Source: the human T2T-CHM13v2.0 reference genome, Homo sapiens
Assembly: GCF_009914755.1 (NCBI RefSeq)
Contig: NC_060926.1
Length of the DNA: 64,000 nt
Direction: 5' to 3' (one strand)
Below are positions 39,200-52,840 of this stretch, piece after piece. Position numbers and translations under genes: made by a program. How positions within the stretch are numbered: the stretch's first letter is position 1; every line of letters starts with the position of its first letter. Below the pieces are notes generated by a model, which saw nothing but the letters and a program-made list of their open reading frames with translations, did no database searches and was not told where the DNA came from.

Positions 39200-39900
39200 A
39201 TTTAATGGGAAGTGAATCATATGCTTTTTCTTTTTGAGAAACTAGAATAAGTTTCTGGGGAGTGCTGAGAAACAGGGCTTAGGACCTGGGACACTGGAAG
39301 AATAAGTGTGTTGTCACAGCAATAAGAAACACAGAAGGAGACGCTGCTTTATAGGGAAGGTCACAAATTTAAGTAGAACCGACTGCATTTGAGAAGGTGA
39401 TTTCAACACTTACAACTGGGCGTCAGCGAGGAGACAGCAGAAAGAGTGGTTAGAAGGTTGGGAGTGGGGAAATGGGCCTTCCTGGGGAGACAGAGGATGA
39501 TGCAATCACTGAATGAATTTGAGAATGCAGGTCAGAATCTTGGGGATATCATGCTTTAGAGAGAAGAGCAAGGGAGACTAGAAGGGTGAGAAAGGTTAAT
39601 GCAGAGAAGTAGAACAAGCTGAAGAAAAATGGCCATGGAAGCAAAAAGTGTTCATCTTCAGGGAGAATGTGCCTGATCACTCCAGGGAAATAGAAGGGAG
39701 AAGATGCCCTAGGCAGAGAGAAGACAGCGAGATTTGGCAACTCAGGGATATACCACTAATCTTGAGGGGGCATGTGTGCATCCAGTGGGCCATAAATGCT
39801 AGATTTGACCCTAGTGGAGGTTCACTCTTCATTAGAGACGAGAGGAAGGAGTGCAAGATGATGTGGAATTTGAGGACGGAGATCATTTAAGACTAACTTG
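39200..39900 (-). mobile_element. L2 fragment
   Basis: Purine-rich diverged L2 motifs ('taccactaatcttgagggg', 'ttcagggagaatgtgcctgatcac'). Confidence 0.5.
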
Positions 39901-40019
39901 AGGGATGTTTGTGAATCCTTTAAAACACATTATTACTACTTTAAGAAGATAGTAGTACAATTTATCTGTGCCACCAAAATGCTTGTAAAACAGCTACTCA
40001 GAACTCAGAGTGGAAATTG

Positions 40020-40277
40020 GTCTGGAGTGAACATGGCCACTCTATTAGGCTCCTCTTGGGCAACACTAAAGTCCTCTCCACTGCACCTCTTACTCCAGCC
40101 GCAGCTGCAGTGATCTGTGCTAGGTGGGCTTCCCCCAGCTTCATGCAGGAGCACCCTGGCAGCATCTCAGGACTGCCCAGTGCATGTCTCTGGCTGGCTG
40201 ACCTGCAGCTTCTTGTTCACAGGTGTGTGAGACATCCACTGGCACCTACTTGGCACCCACACATGTGGAATCCTGAA

Positions 40278-40338
<61 letters not shown>

Positions 40339-40634
40339 GGGGATGGTGACCCTTAGACCAAAGAATAACTGTCAATAGATAAATACCTCCTTTTCTTTTT
40401 CCTAGGGAGACACATGTGCTGAGATATTTTCCATATGACTTCTCATTTGCTCTTTTCAATTACTGCACCGTTTTCTCCATAGTAGCAGTGGCCAACTCCA
40501 TAATGCATTCTTGTTTCATCTCCCTTCTTCTCTGTTTCGGTTTCCCTATCCCTCATTGCCAACACTGTCTTCCAAATTATTGCACTTAAGCTTTTATTTC
40601 TGGCTCTGCCTTCTGGGGAACCCAAGGTAAGATA
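40020..40634 (+). mobile_element. Old ERVL LTR (LTR16-like) containing a (TG)n tract
   Basis: 3' end 'ctctgccttctggggaacccaaggtaagata'. Confidence 0.5.
40286..40337. repeat. (TG)~26 perfect microsatellite
   Basis: Directly visible. Confidence 0.97.
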
Positions 40635-41739
40635 GCTGCTGTTTAAAGAATAGAAAATAGGGGAGCTGTGTGGTCCAAAAAAAAAAGATAGGGAAAGGAA
40701 TGAATGTTTTTTTCACAAGCAAGTATGCTTCTGTATCCTTTTATTTCCTTTTTTTTTTTTTTCCCAAATGAGCTTAGGTCTTCAGTTACTTTTAAAATGT
40801 CTGTAATATGTAGAGATCCTTAGGTGAAAAGCAATAGAAGAACCAAGTGTTCTGTAATAGATCATCAATTAATTGCAGAATATACAAGAGAGGGTAAAAT
40901 AATTCAACTAATTTTGAATAAAATGCTTTTATAATTAAAATCTGTTAGGAGGAACAGTCCTAATTTTCCTTTATGTGTCTTGAAAATTTGCCAGGAATTT
41001 AAAAGTCTTCCATCATTACACATGGCTTCTGGACTTTAACAGTCCCTCAGCTCTTTAGTTAATTTTATGACCTAAACCAAAATTACTTCTTCAGGCTTTC
41101 TTTTCTTTTTTATATCACCCAATTTAGTAAGATTTTTGGAGATGGTTACTCTGATTATTCTTTTGTTATTGTGTGATCTACTGTAACAATTTATGCTATT
41201 CTGAAAGCAGTATTTGAATACACTATTCTCTTTTTGAGGATGATCTGGGAGCTTTCCAGTCTTACGTCTGTCACTTCTTGTCTCAAGGTTGTTCAAAAAT
41301 TATGTAGTATTAATGCATATCAGAAGCAAGACCAGAATTTGCGCTTTCTCTATTGCATTCAATTAAGAGAACTCATCCAATTACTACCTCTATTTGCTTA
41401 GAAGTTATCAGCTCATGATAAGTTTCTCCAAGGGCAGCATCCTAAACCTTTGTGGCTCCTTTATCTTTCCCGCATTTTGTTCTAGGCTAAACCTGTTTGA
41501 GCATTCTTCAAACAGAGCAATAAGCTCTTAAAGGAAAACAGCAAATTTGTCCTAGGGTACAAATTTCAATGTCAAACTCTATTTTTGCAATTGAATTAAA
41601 CCTCTAATTTTGAGCTTGTGAACCTGAACAGAAACCTGGCAGAAGTAAACTGTATCTGTATAGGTCTGATCCCAGTTGCTTACCTTTGGCACCGTTAAAA
41701 TAGACATCTGGAGAATTATAGCACTATGATAAAGTAGGT

Positions 41740-41902
41740 AGGCTCATGGATGTTGGTGTCAAATTGTCTGAGGCTAATTTCTGACTCTGTCACTTATTAT
41801 CTGAGTTTGATGCAAGTTACTTAATTTCTCTAAACCTCTATATCATTATCTGTGAGCACAGACAATAAGTACAACCATCTCATCAAATTGCTATGCCTAT
41901 AG
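41740..41902 (+). mobile_element. MIR, interrupted by L1
   Basis: 'tctgactctgtcacttatt...gcaagttacttaatttctctaaacctc'. Confidence 0.8.
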
Positions 41903-41918
41903 AAAGCACTCCCTGATA

Positions 41919-42105
41919 GGGGAACATCATACACTGGGGCCTGTCGGGGGTTGGGGGGCTAGGGGAAGGATAGCATTAGGAGAAATACCTGATGTAGATG
42001 ATGGGTTGATGGGTGCAGCAAACCACCGTGGCACATTTATACCTATGTAACAAACCTGCATGTTCTGTACATATATCCCAGAACTTAAAGTATAATTTTT
42101 TAAAA
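41919..42105 (+). mobile_element. Very short L1PA7-like 3' end
   Basis: 3'UTR G-rich tract and 'gaacttaaagtataat'; TSD AAAGCACTC(CC/TT)TGATA at 41903-41918 and 42106-42121. Confidence 0.93.
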
Positions 42106-42294
42106 AAAGCACTCTTTGATAACTATTATCATTATTCATTATAGCTGCTAACATAAACTGTAGTCAATTACAATAAATACCTGCAATACCTGTCGTCTTC
42201 TTTATGATGAATATGAATTGCCTTTTAAAGATTTTTGAAAAGTAAGGGAGAAAGAGCCAAGGAAACTTGAGATTTAATTAAAAAAACCGATGCT

Positions 42295-42505
42295 TTTACT
42301 GTGTATTGGTAAAGATCATGTTTTCTTGAGCCTAAAAACCTGGGTTCAAATCCCAGTTCTGCCACTTATTAGCTCTTATTAGCACTTAAATGAGCTATTT
42401 AACCTTTATGTGCCTATCTTCTCAGTCTGAACAGGAGATAATTACAGGGCTAACTTCACACAGTTGTTATCAAAGTTTACTATTTTTTCTTAAACCAGTA
42501 CCTGG
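42295..42505 (+). mobile_element. MIR
   Basis: 'cctgggttcaaatcccagttctgccacttattagct'. Confidence 0.8.
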
Positions 42506-43799
42506 CCAGGCTGGTTTCATAGACACGTGACCTGTGCACACAAGATGCCATGCTCGGAACAATCCAGTGCTTAGGCTTAGATTAATGTTCTGCTGTATCT
42601 ATCTTAAAATTAATAATAATTTCACATTTTTCTTTTCTTTTTGAGACAGAGTCTCACTCTGTTGCCCAGGCTAGAGTGCAGTGGTGTGATCTCTGCTCAC
42701 TGCACCCTCTGCCTCCCGGGTTCTAGCAGTTCTCTGCCTCAGCCTCCCGAGTAGCTGGGATTACAGGTGCCCGCCACCATGCCCAGCTAATTTTTGCATT
42801 TTTTTTTAGTAGAGACGGGGTTTTACCATCTTGGCCAGGCTGGTCTTGAACTCCTGACCTTGTGATCCACCCGCCTCGTCCTCCCAGAGTGTTGGGATTA
42901 CAGGCATGAGCCACCACACCCAGCCAATAATTTATTTTTCTTAGTAATGTTAAGCATGCATAAGAGCAGAGAAGGCAGGCTTAATAGGCATGTCCATTCT
43001 GTTCCTTGCTGCTGTGTGAGCACATATTATTTGTGATGCCCCATGAGCACCGAATGTTAGTGGACCCAAATGTGTGAGTTCAGTGAGCACAAGGTGAATG
43101 TGTTATGTCTATGACTGATTAAAAGAGAGCACAGACAGCTCCAAGACACTATACTTTTTGTTCAAACCAGAACTATCTTCAAAGGCAGAAAGAAGGCAAT
43201 GGCATTCTAAGAAACAGAAATGACAAAAAAAGCCCTATCATATTATTTCTTACTCATTTTATTTCCCATTATTAGCCAGTCATTTATGCTGAAAATGATG
43301 AGGTAGAAGGAAAGAGAAAGATCTCATAGTTCTTTTTCCTTTCAGTTCTTTCTTGCTCATCAGTGAGCTGAAAGTAGACAGTGTTGGTTGAATGTGTCTG
43401 TATCAAGACATGAAATAAAAATAGCTGAGTTCTTTTTGTATAGTTTCCTCTGTTCTATCAAGGAAAAATATGTATATGTACAACCTGTGAGATATATGAA
43501 TTCCACAACTCCAACAGTTCTGCAGGAGATAATGCTCTTACATTTTCATTTAAAATTGGTATTGTACAATATAAAGATTGACAATTAAATTCATGCTAAA
43601 ATTTTAAAAAAGTTTTCCATATTTAGAATGAAATTAAATTAAATGAAAAACATCATGACAAGTCAAAAGACAGACTGTGGAAGAAAGAAAACGTCTTTAT
43701 ATTTTAATACCTTTTATGGCACTTTTAAATTGTTTTTTGAACAAAGGACTCTATATTTTCATTTTTCATAGGGCCCTACAAATTATATAGCTGGGCCTG
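42506..43799 (+). mobile_element. MER45B-like hAT-Tip100 element with nested Alu
   Basis: Ends 'caggctggtttcatagac..gtgacctgtgc' and 'gggccctacaaattatatagctgggcctg'; degenerate 8-bp TSD GTACCTGG/GTGCTTGA. Confidence 0.8.
42627..42925 (-). mobile_element. AluS (Sg-like)
   Basis: Full Alu; TSD core AATAATTT at 42615-42622 and 42926-42933. Confidence 0.95.
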
Positions 43800-45189
43800 G
43801 TGCTTGACACATCATTGGTACTATACATGTATATCTATATGTATTTATGTGCATACACAGAGGCATATATACCTCAAAGGAATCAGTGGGGGTTGCATAT
43901 TGTTATATTGGAATATTGCATTCCTAAAAGGAAAATAGAGAATTTATATCTCTGAAAGAAAAATATTCGAACAGGGAAAGGTGGCTTACTCAGTACCTGA
44001 ACCTGTCCCTGTGAGTTTGACATTCTCCATGGGCTTAGATGCCCATTATTCCTAGATGGGGAAGTTTTTCTTTTATCTCATAGAAAGTTCTCTATAGCCA
44101 GATGGGCAAGGAGCACAGTACCTACTCAGTTTGTTCCTCTTGTCATCCCTTTGGCACTTTTCAGGGTTCCTCTGAAGAACTTTAAAGTTTTTGAAGACTT
44201 TCAAATACATTATTTCATCTAAGCCCCACAGTCCTTTTGAAGTAGGTAGTGGAGAAGCTAAAACTAATGTATGTGGCTGGCTAGTTACCAACATCCCCCC
44301 CGAGAGGCATTGCCTTCTGAGTTCATCACAGCCCAAGGTCTGACCCCTCTGTGTTACAGATTTAGAAAACAGACACTGTCAGTTTTCCAGAGCTGTACTG
44401 GACTTACACATGCTGGTTCACATCAACTAAATCTGCAGGAGAATAAAGTGTAGAACCCAGAAAGCCGATGCTGTAATTTATAGAGAAATATACCTTTCCA
44501 GCACACCAGAACATTCTCTCCCTGTAGAAAAACATCCTGGGAAGTTCGATTATCAGAAGGTAGCTCACGAGCATGGAATCAGAATGACGATAGTGGACTG
44601 GATAACTCGTATGTTTCAAGGCATCAGCCTCTGATGGTCTGATAGATCTGTCCTCAACAATAAGGAGAACTGGACACATTCACATCATTTTATCTTCCTA
44701 GGACGCTTTGTTCTCCAGTCAGTGCTGGAGGCGTGCTGATAATTTATGCCTTCTGTTCTCTTATACCCCTTGCTGATTGATTCATTTTCTGATTCTTTCT
44801 TGAGATATGTGATTTTTATCATATATAGTAACAGCCAGATTATTTTCCTTCCTGCTTCTGGCATAGGGAACAATTTTCCTTTCCCGAGGTGTTTTTCATA
44901 TAGAAGAGATTTCATGTGATATGTGCCAGATTTAAGGTTTAACTCTTAGCTTTTAGGAATGCATTGTTCTCACCTCTGCCTTCAGACAGTGCTGTCCTCA
45001 TTTTACAAAATGGAAAATAGGCTCAGGGATGTTAATAATGTGGTTCGTGTAAGGAAGCCTGATGTTTACTTGCCTTTGATATTTTTTGTTTATTTTTTGG
45101 ATTAAAGTAAAATGTTCTTCTTGCTACTGTATTATACTATATTACATCTGTCCTCTTAAAATTTAAATACTTTTTAAAAAATTCAAGAC

Positions 45190-46262
45190 AGCATTATATT
45201 AATACTCTACCAATTTTTTTTTTACTTGACCTACAAAATATAGTAGAATCTGCCTCTTAGCTATACTTCTGACTTCATATTCTTTCTCTCTCCTACTCAC
45301 TCCTCTTCAGCTACACCCACATGTTCTGGGCAGAGGAAAAAGAACATGTAAAATCACTGAGGAAGACAGTGTGGCGATTCCCCAGGAATCTAGAACCAGA
45401 AATACCGTTTGACCCAGCAATCCCATTACTGGGTATATACCCAAAGGATTATAAATCATTCTACCATAAAGACACATGCACGTGTATGTTTATTGCAGCA
45501 CTATTCACAATAGCAAAGACTTGGAACCAACCCAAATGCCCATCAATGATAGACTGGATAAAGAAAATGTGTCACATATACACCATGGAATACTATACAG
45601 CCATAAAAAAGGATGAGTTCATGTCCTTTGCAGGGACATGGATGAAGCTGGAAACCATCATCCTCAGCAAACTAACACAGGAACAGAAAACCAAACACCA
45701 CATCTTCTGAGTCATAAGTGGGAGTTGAACAATGAGAATACATGGACACAGGGAGGGGAACATCACACATTGGAGCTTGTCGAGGGCTGGGGCTTAGGGG
45801 AGGGATAGCATTAGGAGAAATACCTAACGTAGATGACGGGTTGATGGGTGCAGCAAACCACCATGGCACGTGTATACGTATGTAACAAACCTGCAGGTTC
45901 TGCACATGTATCCCAGAACTTAAAGTGTAATAATAAAAAAAATTATTTTTCTTCTGCCAAGAATGTTCTTCCCTCAGATGTACCCTTTGTTCCATCCCTT
46001 CAGTTCATTCAGAACTCCACCCACATTCAATTCAATCTGACATTAGACCACTATCATCCTCTTTCTCACTACCACACTTTTCTTCATAGAATTTAACACT
46101 GTTATTATGTGTCCTTGAAATATTGTATGTTTATTTTGTGTTTATTGTCTCATTCTCCTACTGGAATATAACCTTCAAAGGAGCTCTCTTTGTTTTATTC
46201 ACTGCTGTATCCTCAGTCTTTTAAACAACCCCATCACATTGGACTATTGTGGAATAAAGAAC
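45190..46262 (+). mobile_element. L2 3' region, interrupted and rearranged by L1
   Basis: 'actcactcctcttcagctacac', 'tctgccaagaatgttcttccctcagat', 'gtttattgtctcattctcctactggaatataac', 'ttcactgctgtatcctcag'. Confidence 0.8.
45361..45942 (+). mobile_element. 5'-truncated L1PA7-like element without direct TSD
   Basis: ORF2 C-terminus (KTVWRF...EQKTKH), 3'UTR, A tail. Confidence 0.96.
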
Positions 46263-47648
46263 TACACGTAGGGCACTTAATCAATTCTTGTTCTTACTAA
46301 GTGGGTGATATGCACTTTGTTGTCTAACATCCATGTACTATGGTTCTTTCATTGAGCGACTCTGAATGGGTATCCTGTGCACAGAGTAAATATTCATTAA
46401 ATGTATACTGAATAAACAGGTAGATAAATCAATAATAAACTATTATGGAATTTAAGAGGAGGAAAATGTCTCTTTCCACTGGATCAGAACTTAGGAAAAG
46501 ATTCATTAAAAAAAGTAGCCTTTAAATGAGTTCTTTAAAGATAAATTTGATTTAATTCTGTGGTATGGGGATAAAAGGAACTCAATACACATTTGCCAGG
46601 TGCTCCATAGCACTCTCTGCTTTGCCAGGTTAGCATCTTAGAAACATCCTAGAATGTAAACTCTATGAGGGCAGACTGTTTCTATCTAGTTCGTCTGTAC
46701 ATGCATGCACACATACACACACGTATATATTTATTACATATTTATATATAAAAACAAATAGATATAAATAAAAATAAAATGCTACAAAATTTATAAAAGG
46801 TGAGCTTTTAATAAATATGACACGAACGATTCTAAGTGAGGAGGTGAGGTGGAAGTTAGGCCTGTTTTGCAATTATGCCTATGAGTTAGTATTAGGGTTG
46901 CCAATAAGATTCAAATATAATTTGGCAAATCTAGAAGCTCATTTTTGTCCAGAGGGAAAAGTTGGAATGATTAGTATGTATACAGTTCAGAATAAGCTTC
47001 AAGTTGGTATAAAAGTTTATTATGAAATGTTGACATGATCATTTTTTAAATTAGAGTTTCAGAAAAACCATCAAAGTTTGAATTTTTAAAAGATTATATG
47101 ATGAGACTTTGTCTTGTGAAGGTTTTAGTAGTTAAGTTCCGAAACATTATGTGACCTGAAGATAACTGGTGATAATTGACATTCTCCTTTGGGAATATCT
47201 CATAGGAATGTGTTTCTTTACAATAAGCGCTGATGTTTCTTATTTCTCCATTATTTACGTTTTTCTCCATTTAAGGGGACTTCTAAAACTTATTCTACAT
47301 AAGAATTCTCTCTAGGCCACAGTTTTAAAAATCATCTTTTTGTTTTATCTCTAACCCGGACTTTTGCTTCATTCTTTGGGTTCATCACCTCTACTTAAAT
47401 GTCCCATAAACACATCAAAATTAATCAGCCCAGGCTAAGTTCATCACCAACCCCACCATGCTCTACCCCACCCACTTCATCACCATTCAGTTGATGGCAC
47501 TACCACCAGCTAGAAATGTGGATGAGGATACACTACAGTGGTTAAAGGGCCTGAGTTTGAAGTACCACTCTGTCACTTTCTACCTGTGAGAACCTGGAAA
47601 AAACTTAGCTTTTGCATATTTAAAAGGGGGATTAGAAAAGTACCTACA

Positions 47649-47958
47649 TGCTATGGACTGAATGTTTATATCTCTCCCCAAATTCATAGGGGAAGCCTAA
47701 TTCCCAATGTGATGGTATCTAGTGATAGGACTTTTGAGAGGTAATCGGGTTATAAAAAGAGACATAAGATAACTTGTTACTTCTCTATCTCTCCATCATA
47801 TGAGGCCATAACCAGAAAAGGGTCCTCACCAGAAACTGAATTTGCTGGCATGTTAATTTTGAACTTCACAGCTTCCCAAACTGTGAGAAATGCATTTCTG
47901 TTGTTTAAGCCGCTCAATCTATGGTAGTTTTGTTATAGTAGCTCAGACCAATTAACAT
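47649..47958 (+). mobile_element. MLT1A-like LTR nested in MIR
   Basis: TGCTATGGACTGAATG...'aactgtgagaaatgcatttctgttgtttaagcc'. Confidence 0.85.
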
Positions 47959-48275
47959 ACTACCAGATTAGATTTTTGCTGAATATAACAATGTTTGTAG
48001 GACGCTTAACACAGATTATAGTTCTAAGTGTGCAACAAATATTTCTTTAGTGCGTAACATTAATTGATTCATTCATTGAACAACTTTTTGTTGAGTGCCT
48101 ACCCTGCGCTAGGCTGAAGGATGCAAGACAAACAAGACAGATGTATTTTTGTCACTCATGAAATTTGCATTCTAATGAAAGAGATACAAAACAAGCATCT
48201 GTATTGCTATTGGGTCTTAATAAGTACTGTGAAGAAAGGCAAATTAGAGTTTGAGAATGACTAGGGTGAGTGCAA

Positions 48276-48593
<318 letters not shown>

Positions 48594-49401
48594 TGAGTGC
48601 AATCTTAAATACATAAGGGAAGACCTTTGTGAAAAAGTGGTTTTTGATTACAGACCTGAACGAAGTGAGAAGATGAAGCCCTGGCAACACTGGAGGAACA
48701 TTCCAGATAGAAAGGACTAACAACGACAAGGCTCTGTGACCAGGGTGAGAGTCAGTGTGGTTGGAGTATACAGTAAGCAAAGCAGAGAGGAATATTAGAT
48801 GTAGACCTAGATCTGCCCAATCACTGATGGCAGGGTAAGCCATAAAAAGGCATTTATATTTTGTTGTGAGTGTAATGAGAAGAGCTCGGAGAGTTTGGAG
48901 TAGGAAAGGAACTTAATCTGGTTGACATTTTTTAAAGAACACTGGTTACTGTGTAAAGAAATGGCTGTAAGGAGGCAAGTGTGGAAACTGGGAAACAAAA
49001 CAGAAGACTGCTGCCTGAGTCCAGGTAAGTCATGACAAAGGACTAGGATGGTGATGGTAGAAGGGCCAAGTGGTCCAATTTGGGATAGATTTGGATTGTA
49101 AGCAAGACTGGCTGCAGCCAAATTAAATGTGAAATAGGAGGAAAGAAAGGAATCAAAGATGATTCCTAGGTTTTAAGCCTGAATAATTGGGAGAATGATG
49201 TTGCCATTTACCAAGACTTGAAATATTAAGGACGGACCAAGCTACAGACAAGTTCAGGGGGATTCTTTGGGACATGTTGAGTATAAGATGCCTGATACAT
49301 TTCCAAGTGGAGATGTCAGCTGGGCAGTTGGATTTAGGAGTCGAACACAGCAGAGAGATCAGGGCTTGAAATAAAAATTTGGAAGATATCATAATTTAGA
49401 A

Positions 49402-49611
49402 CAGTCATTTTCAACTGGGAGACAGTTTTGCCTTTCAGAGATATTAGTCTGGAGATATTTTTGATTGAAACAACTAGAGTTGCTACTGGCATTTAGCAAG
49501 GATACAGATGCCAGAGGTGTTGCTAACTATCCTACAATGCACAGGACAGCCTCGTGCAAGAAAGAATCATTAGACCCAAAATGTCAGTAGTTCTGGGATT
49601 AAGAAACTCTG
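49402..49611 (+). mobile_element. MER20 (hAT-Charlie)
   Basis: 'ttgctactggcatttag', 'atcctacaatgcacaggacagcc', 'cccaaaatgtcagtag'; TSD ATTTAGAA/ATTTAAGA. Confidence 0.9.
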
Positions 49612-52106
49612 ATTTAAGAACCTACTGAAATCTGTGTGACTATATGAGATGGTTTAGGAGGGAGTTTAAACAGAGAATAGAAGAAGGCTGAGGCACTAAC
49701 ATTTTGAGACAAGACACTGTGAGGAGGGTGCAGTTAAGGAACAGCAAGAAAGAGTGGTCATTGAAGGAGAAGGAAAACTGAGAGTATGGTTTGAGAAGCC
49801 AAGTAAAGAAAAATATTTCAAAGAGGAAATGATAACTGTCAAATGTTGTTGAAAAGTTACATGAAGATTAGGAACAGACCATTTGATTTGGTGAGATTTT
49901 GGAGACAAATGTGTGCAGTGGAGGAACAGACATAAGAGCCTGACAGGAGCAGGTTAAATAGAGAATATGAAGTATGGAGACGGAGAAAGCAAACATAGAC
50001 AGAGAAAGTGAAGACGTAGGGTGAAGATAGACAGCACGTAGGTTTTAGAAAACATGTTTGTATCGTAAGAATGATCCCATATGGAAGAAGACACTAATAG
50101 TCTCTAAGATATAGATACTCATTTGACATTTGTTGCATGCATAAATTATCTTTGGCTCCCTCCCCTTTCCATTCAGTCATAGTTGTAGATATTGTGATGT
50201 TCCATCTAAATTCCTTTCAGTGCACCCATTACTCAGCCTGCTATGGGTATTCCAAACTCACTGCCCCTCTTTTCAGGAGAACTGATCCCAACCTTTCCCA
50301 TAAATGGCATATTCCCTCTCAGGGAAGCCCATAGCAAATGACTGACTGATGAGTGATAAACAGGGCTGGACCTACTTGTCTTAGGGAGGATGAGTTATGT
50401 CCTAAAAGCCATCCTACATGGATTAGGTGTTTACTTTACCTGACATGACATTAGGCTTCCATTTTTAGGACATCTCATTGTTCCCTAAAGCTGCCTTTGT
50501 TTCAGTCAATGTATCCAAATTTCAGTCAGTAGAACAGAAGAAAAAATGCCAAAAAAGGCATGCCTCACACCTTTAATAAATATTTCTCAGACTTTTCTCA
50601 CCCTATTTCTGCTTGCATCCCATTGACTAGGCTGACACCTAACTGCAGAGAAGCTGAAACATATAACCTTTAACTGGCAAGTGAGTATCCAGCTAATAAC
50701 TGGAAGAAGAGGGCAATGCATACTGGCAACACAAGAAGTCTTGGTTATAGAAAGTATCTTCTTCATTGCTGTTTTCTTAGATATAGCATAGGGCTGGCCC
50801 ATATTAGGTTTCAAGAAATATGGATTAAACTTTGCAGAAATAGTAAACTAATAAATTTGTGTAGTGTCCTACAGATTTCAATATTATATCACTTATTTGC
50901 TCATTTGACTCTCAAAATAGACTTATAAAGTAGGTATCACTGTGTCTCTAGATTCCTGTAAAGTAAATTGGCCAAGCCACTCAGCTAGTATGTGGCTAAG
51001 AAGAACCTATACTCAGGTCTTATGACTCTAAATATGATTTTTACTCACTACATCAACCATGGGGAAAAAAAAAAGAAGTGTCTAGTTGTTCCTGGGAGAT
51101 TTTTTTCCCCCTTACCTGGGCAATGAGCTATCAAAGACTAGGTTTGCAACCCCTTTCCCTGGGGAAAACTGACTCCAGTGGTTTTCTTTAGCACAGCTGC
51201 AGGGACAGACAAACCAGTTCTAAAAACTTGTTTATCAATTTACCCAGCAGGGCATGAAATGCAGTGAATGCTTGACAACTTTTTAGGGAATAATTTTCTT
51301 TTAGATCCTGTGCTTTAAAAACAACATATGGAGATATTTGGTTTTATAACGAAATTATAGCTAGCATGAAATGTTTATTAATCATACCTAATAAATTACA
51401 ATTTTCCAAACCTAGTTGGAAGTCAGAAACAAGGTATGGTTAATTATTTGCACACCTTAGTCAATACCATTATGTTAGACAGAAGTTGTAGCATTGGAGG
51501 GATTTTATATCAACATTTCTATTTATTTTTTCTCCAACTGAATAGTACCTACAGAAATATTATAAAACACACAGGATTTCATTGGACCTTTGAAGGCTGT
51601 AGTTCTCTAAGTTCCAATCTGAGGTAGGGTTGACTTTGGCAGGCTAATGATGTGTGGTCCGTTTGAGCTATGGATGTGATGCTGAAAACAAGGTGTGGTC
51701 AATAAGAGAAATTTGGGATGAACTTTGAAAGCCAGCAAAGAGGATACCAAAGAGGGCCAGCAGTAAATGAGGTAGTGACTTCAGAACCTGAAAAGCAAGC
51801 AACCAAAGAAAAACAAGCTAAAGGTTCTTCATGGTCTCTCCAAATATTTTGGATGGCAATCCCTTGGAATATTCAGTTTTGCTTTTGAGTGTTTCCTCTT
51901 AGTTTTTATATTTAGAAATTATTTCAGGGAGATGAAAGGTACCATGAAACTATATTGGGCTTGACCCATTTCTAGTTTTCATTCATTCATTCAAGAAACT
52001 TTTTGTGCATATACAAGATGCTATAGACATAGGTTGGGGGAAATTAAAAAAATCACGGTTTATGTTCAATGAACTTACTGTCTATTGATTCTAAATAGTA
52101 ACTCTC

Positions 52107-52515
52107 TGTGATAGTTCATTTCACATGTCAACTTGGCTAGACCAGAGTATTCAGATATTTGATCAAACATTCTAGATGTTTCTTTGAATGTACTCTTTAC
52201 ATGTGATGAACATTTAAATTGATAGGCTTTGAGTAAAGCAGATTACCATCCATAATGTAGGTGGGCCTCTTCAAACCAGTTGAATGCTTAAGAGAAAAAG
52301 ATGAACCTGTCCCAAAAAAGAGGGAATTCTTGCAACAGACTGCCATTGTACTGAAACTACAATTCTTCTCTGGTTCTCCGGCTTTCCAGCCCACCTTGTA
52401 GATTTTGGACTTGCCAAGCCTCCACAATTATGGGTGCCCAATTCCTTAAAATAAATCTCTCTTTCTATATATGTGTGCATACATACTATTGGTTATATTT
52501 CTCTTGACTAATACA
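52107..52515 (+). mobile_element. MLT2 (B/D-like) ERVL LTR
   Basis: 'tgtcaacttggctag', 'gagtaaagcagattaccatccataatg', ends GACTAATACA. Confidence 0.9.
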
Positions 52516-52599
52516 CTTTACATGGGACAAGTGGAAAACATCACCAACAAAATAATAGCTTGTTTTAATTTGTCATTTTTATTGCAACTTTTTTTATTT

Positions 52600-52840
52600 T
52601 AGATAGTAGCACTTTACAAATTTACTGGATTAACAGTTTTCAAAGGGCTTTCACATGAGTTTTCCCACTTGTTTATAAAACTTTTGACAGAAAATTAGGA
52701 TAGAGTTCAATTATCCTCATTTTATAGATTTGAAAAATATTGTTCAGAGAATTTATTACTTACTCAAAATCAGCTGGGAAGTGATAGCACTGGCATTAGT
52801 ACTCATATACCCTGCCTCATAGTGTAGTAATCTTTCCATG
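52600..52840 (-). mobile_element. MIR
   Basis: 'ttatcctcattttatagat...ttcagagaattt..acttactcaaaatca'. Confidence 0.7.
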
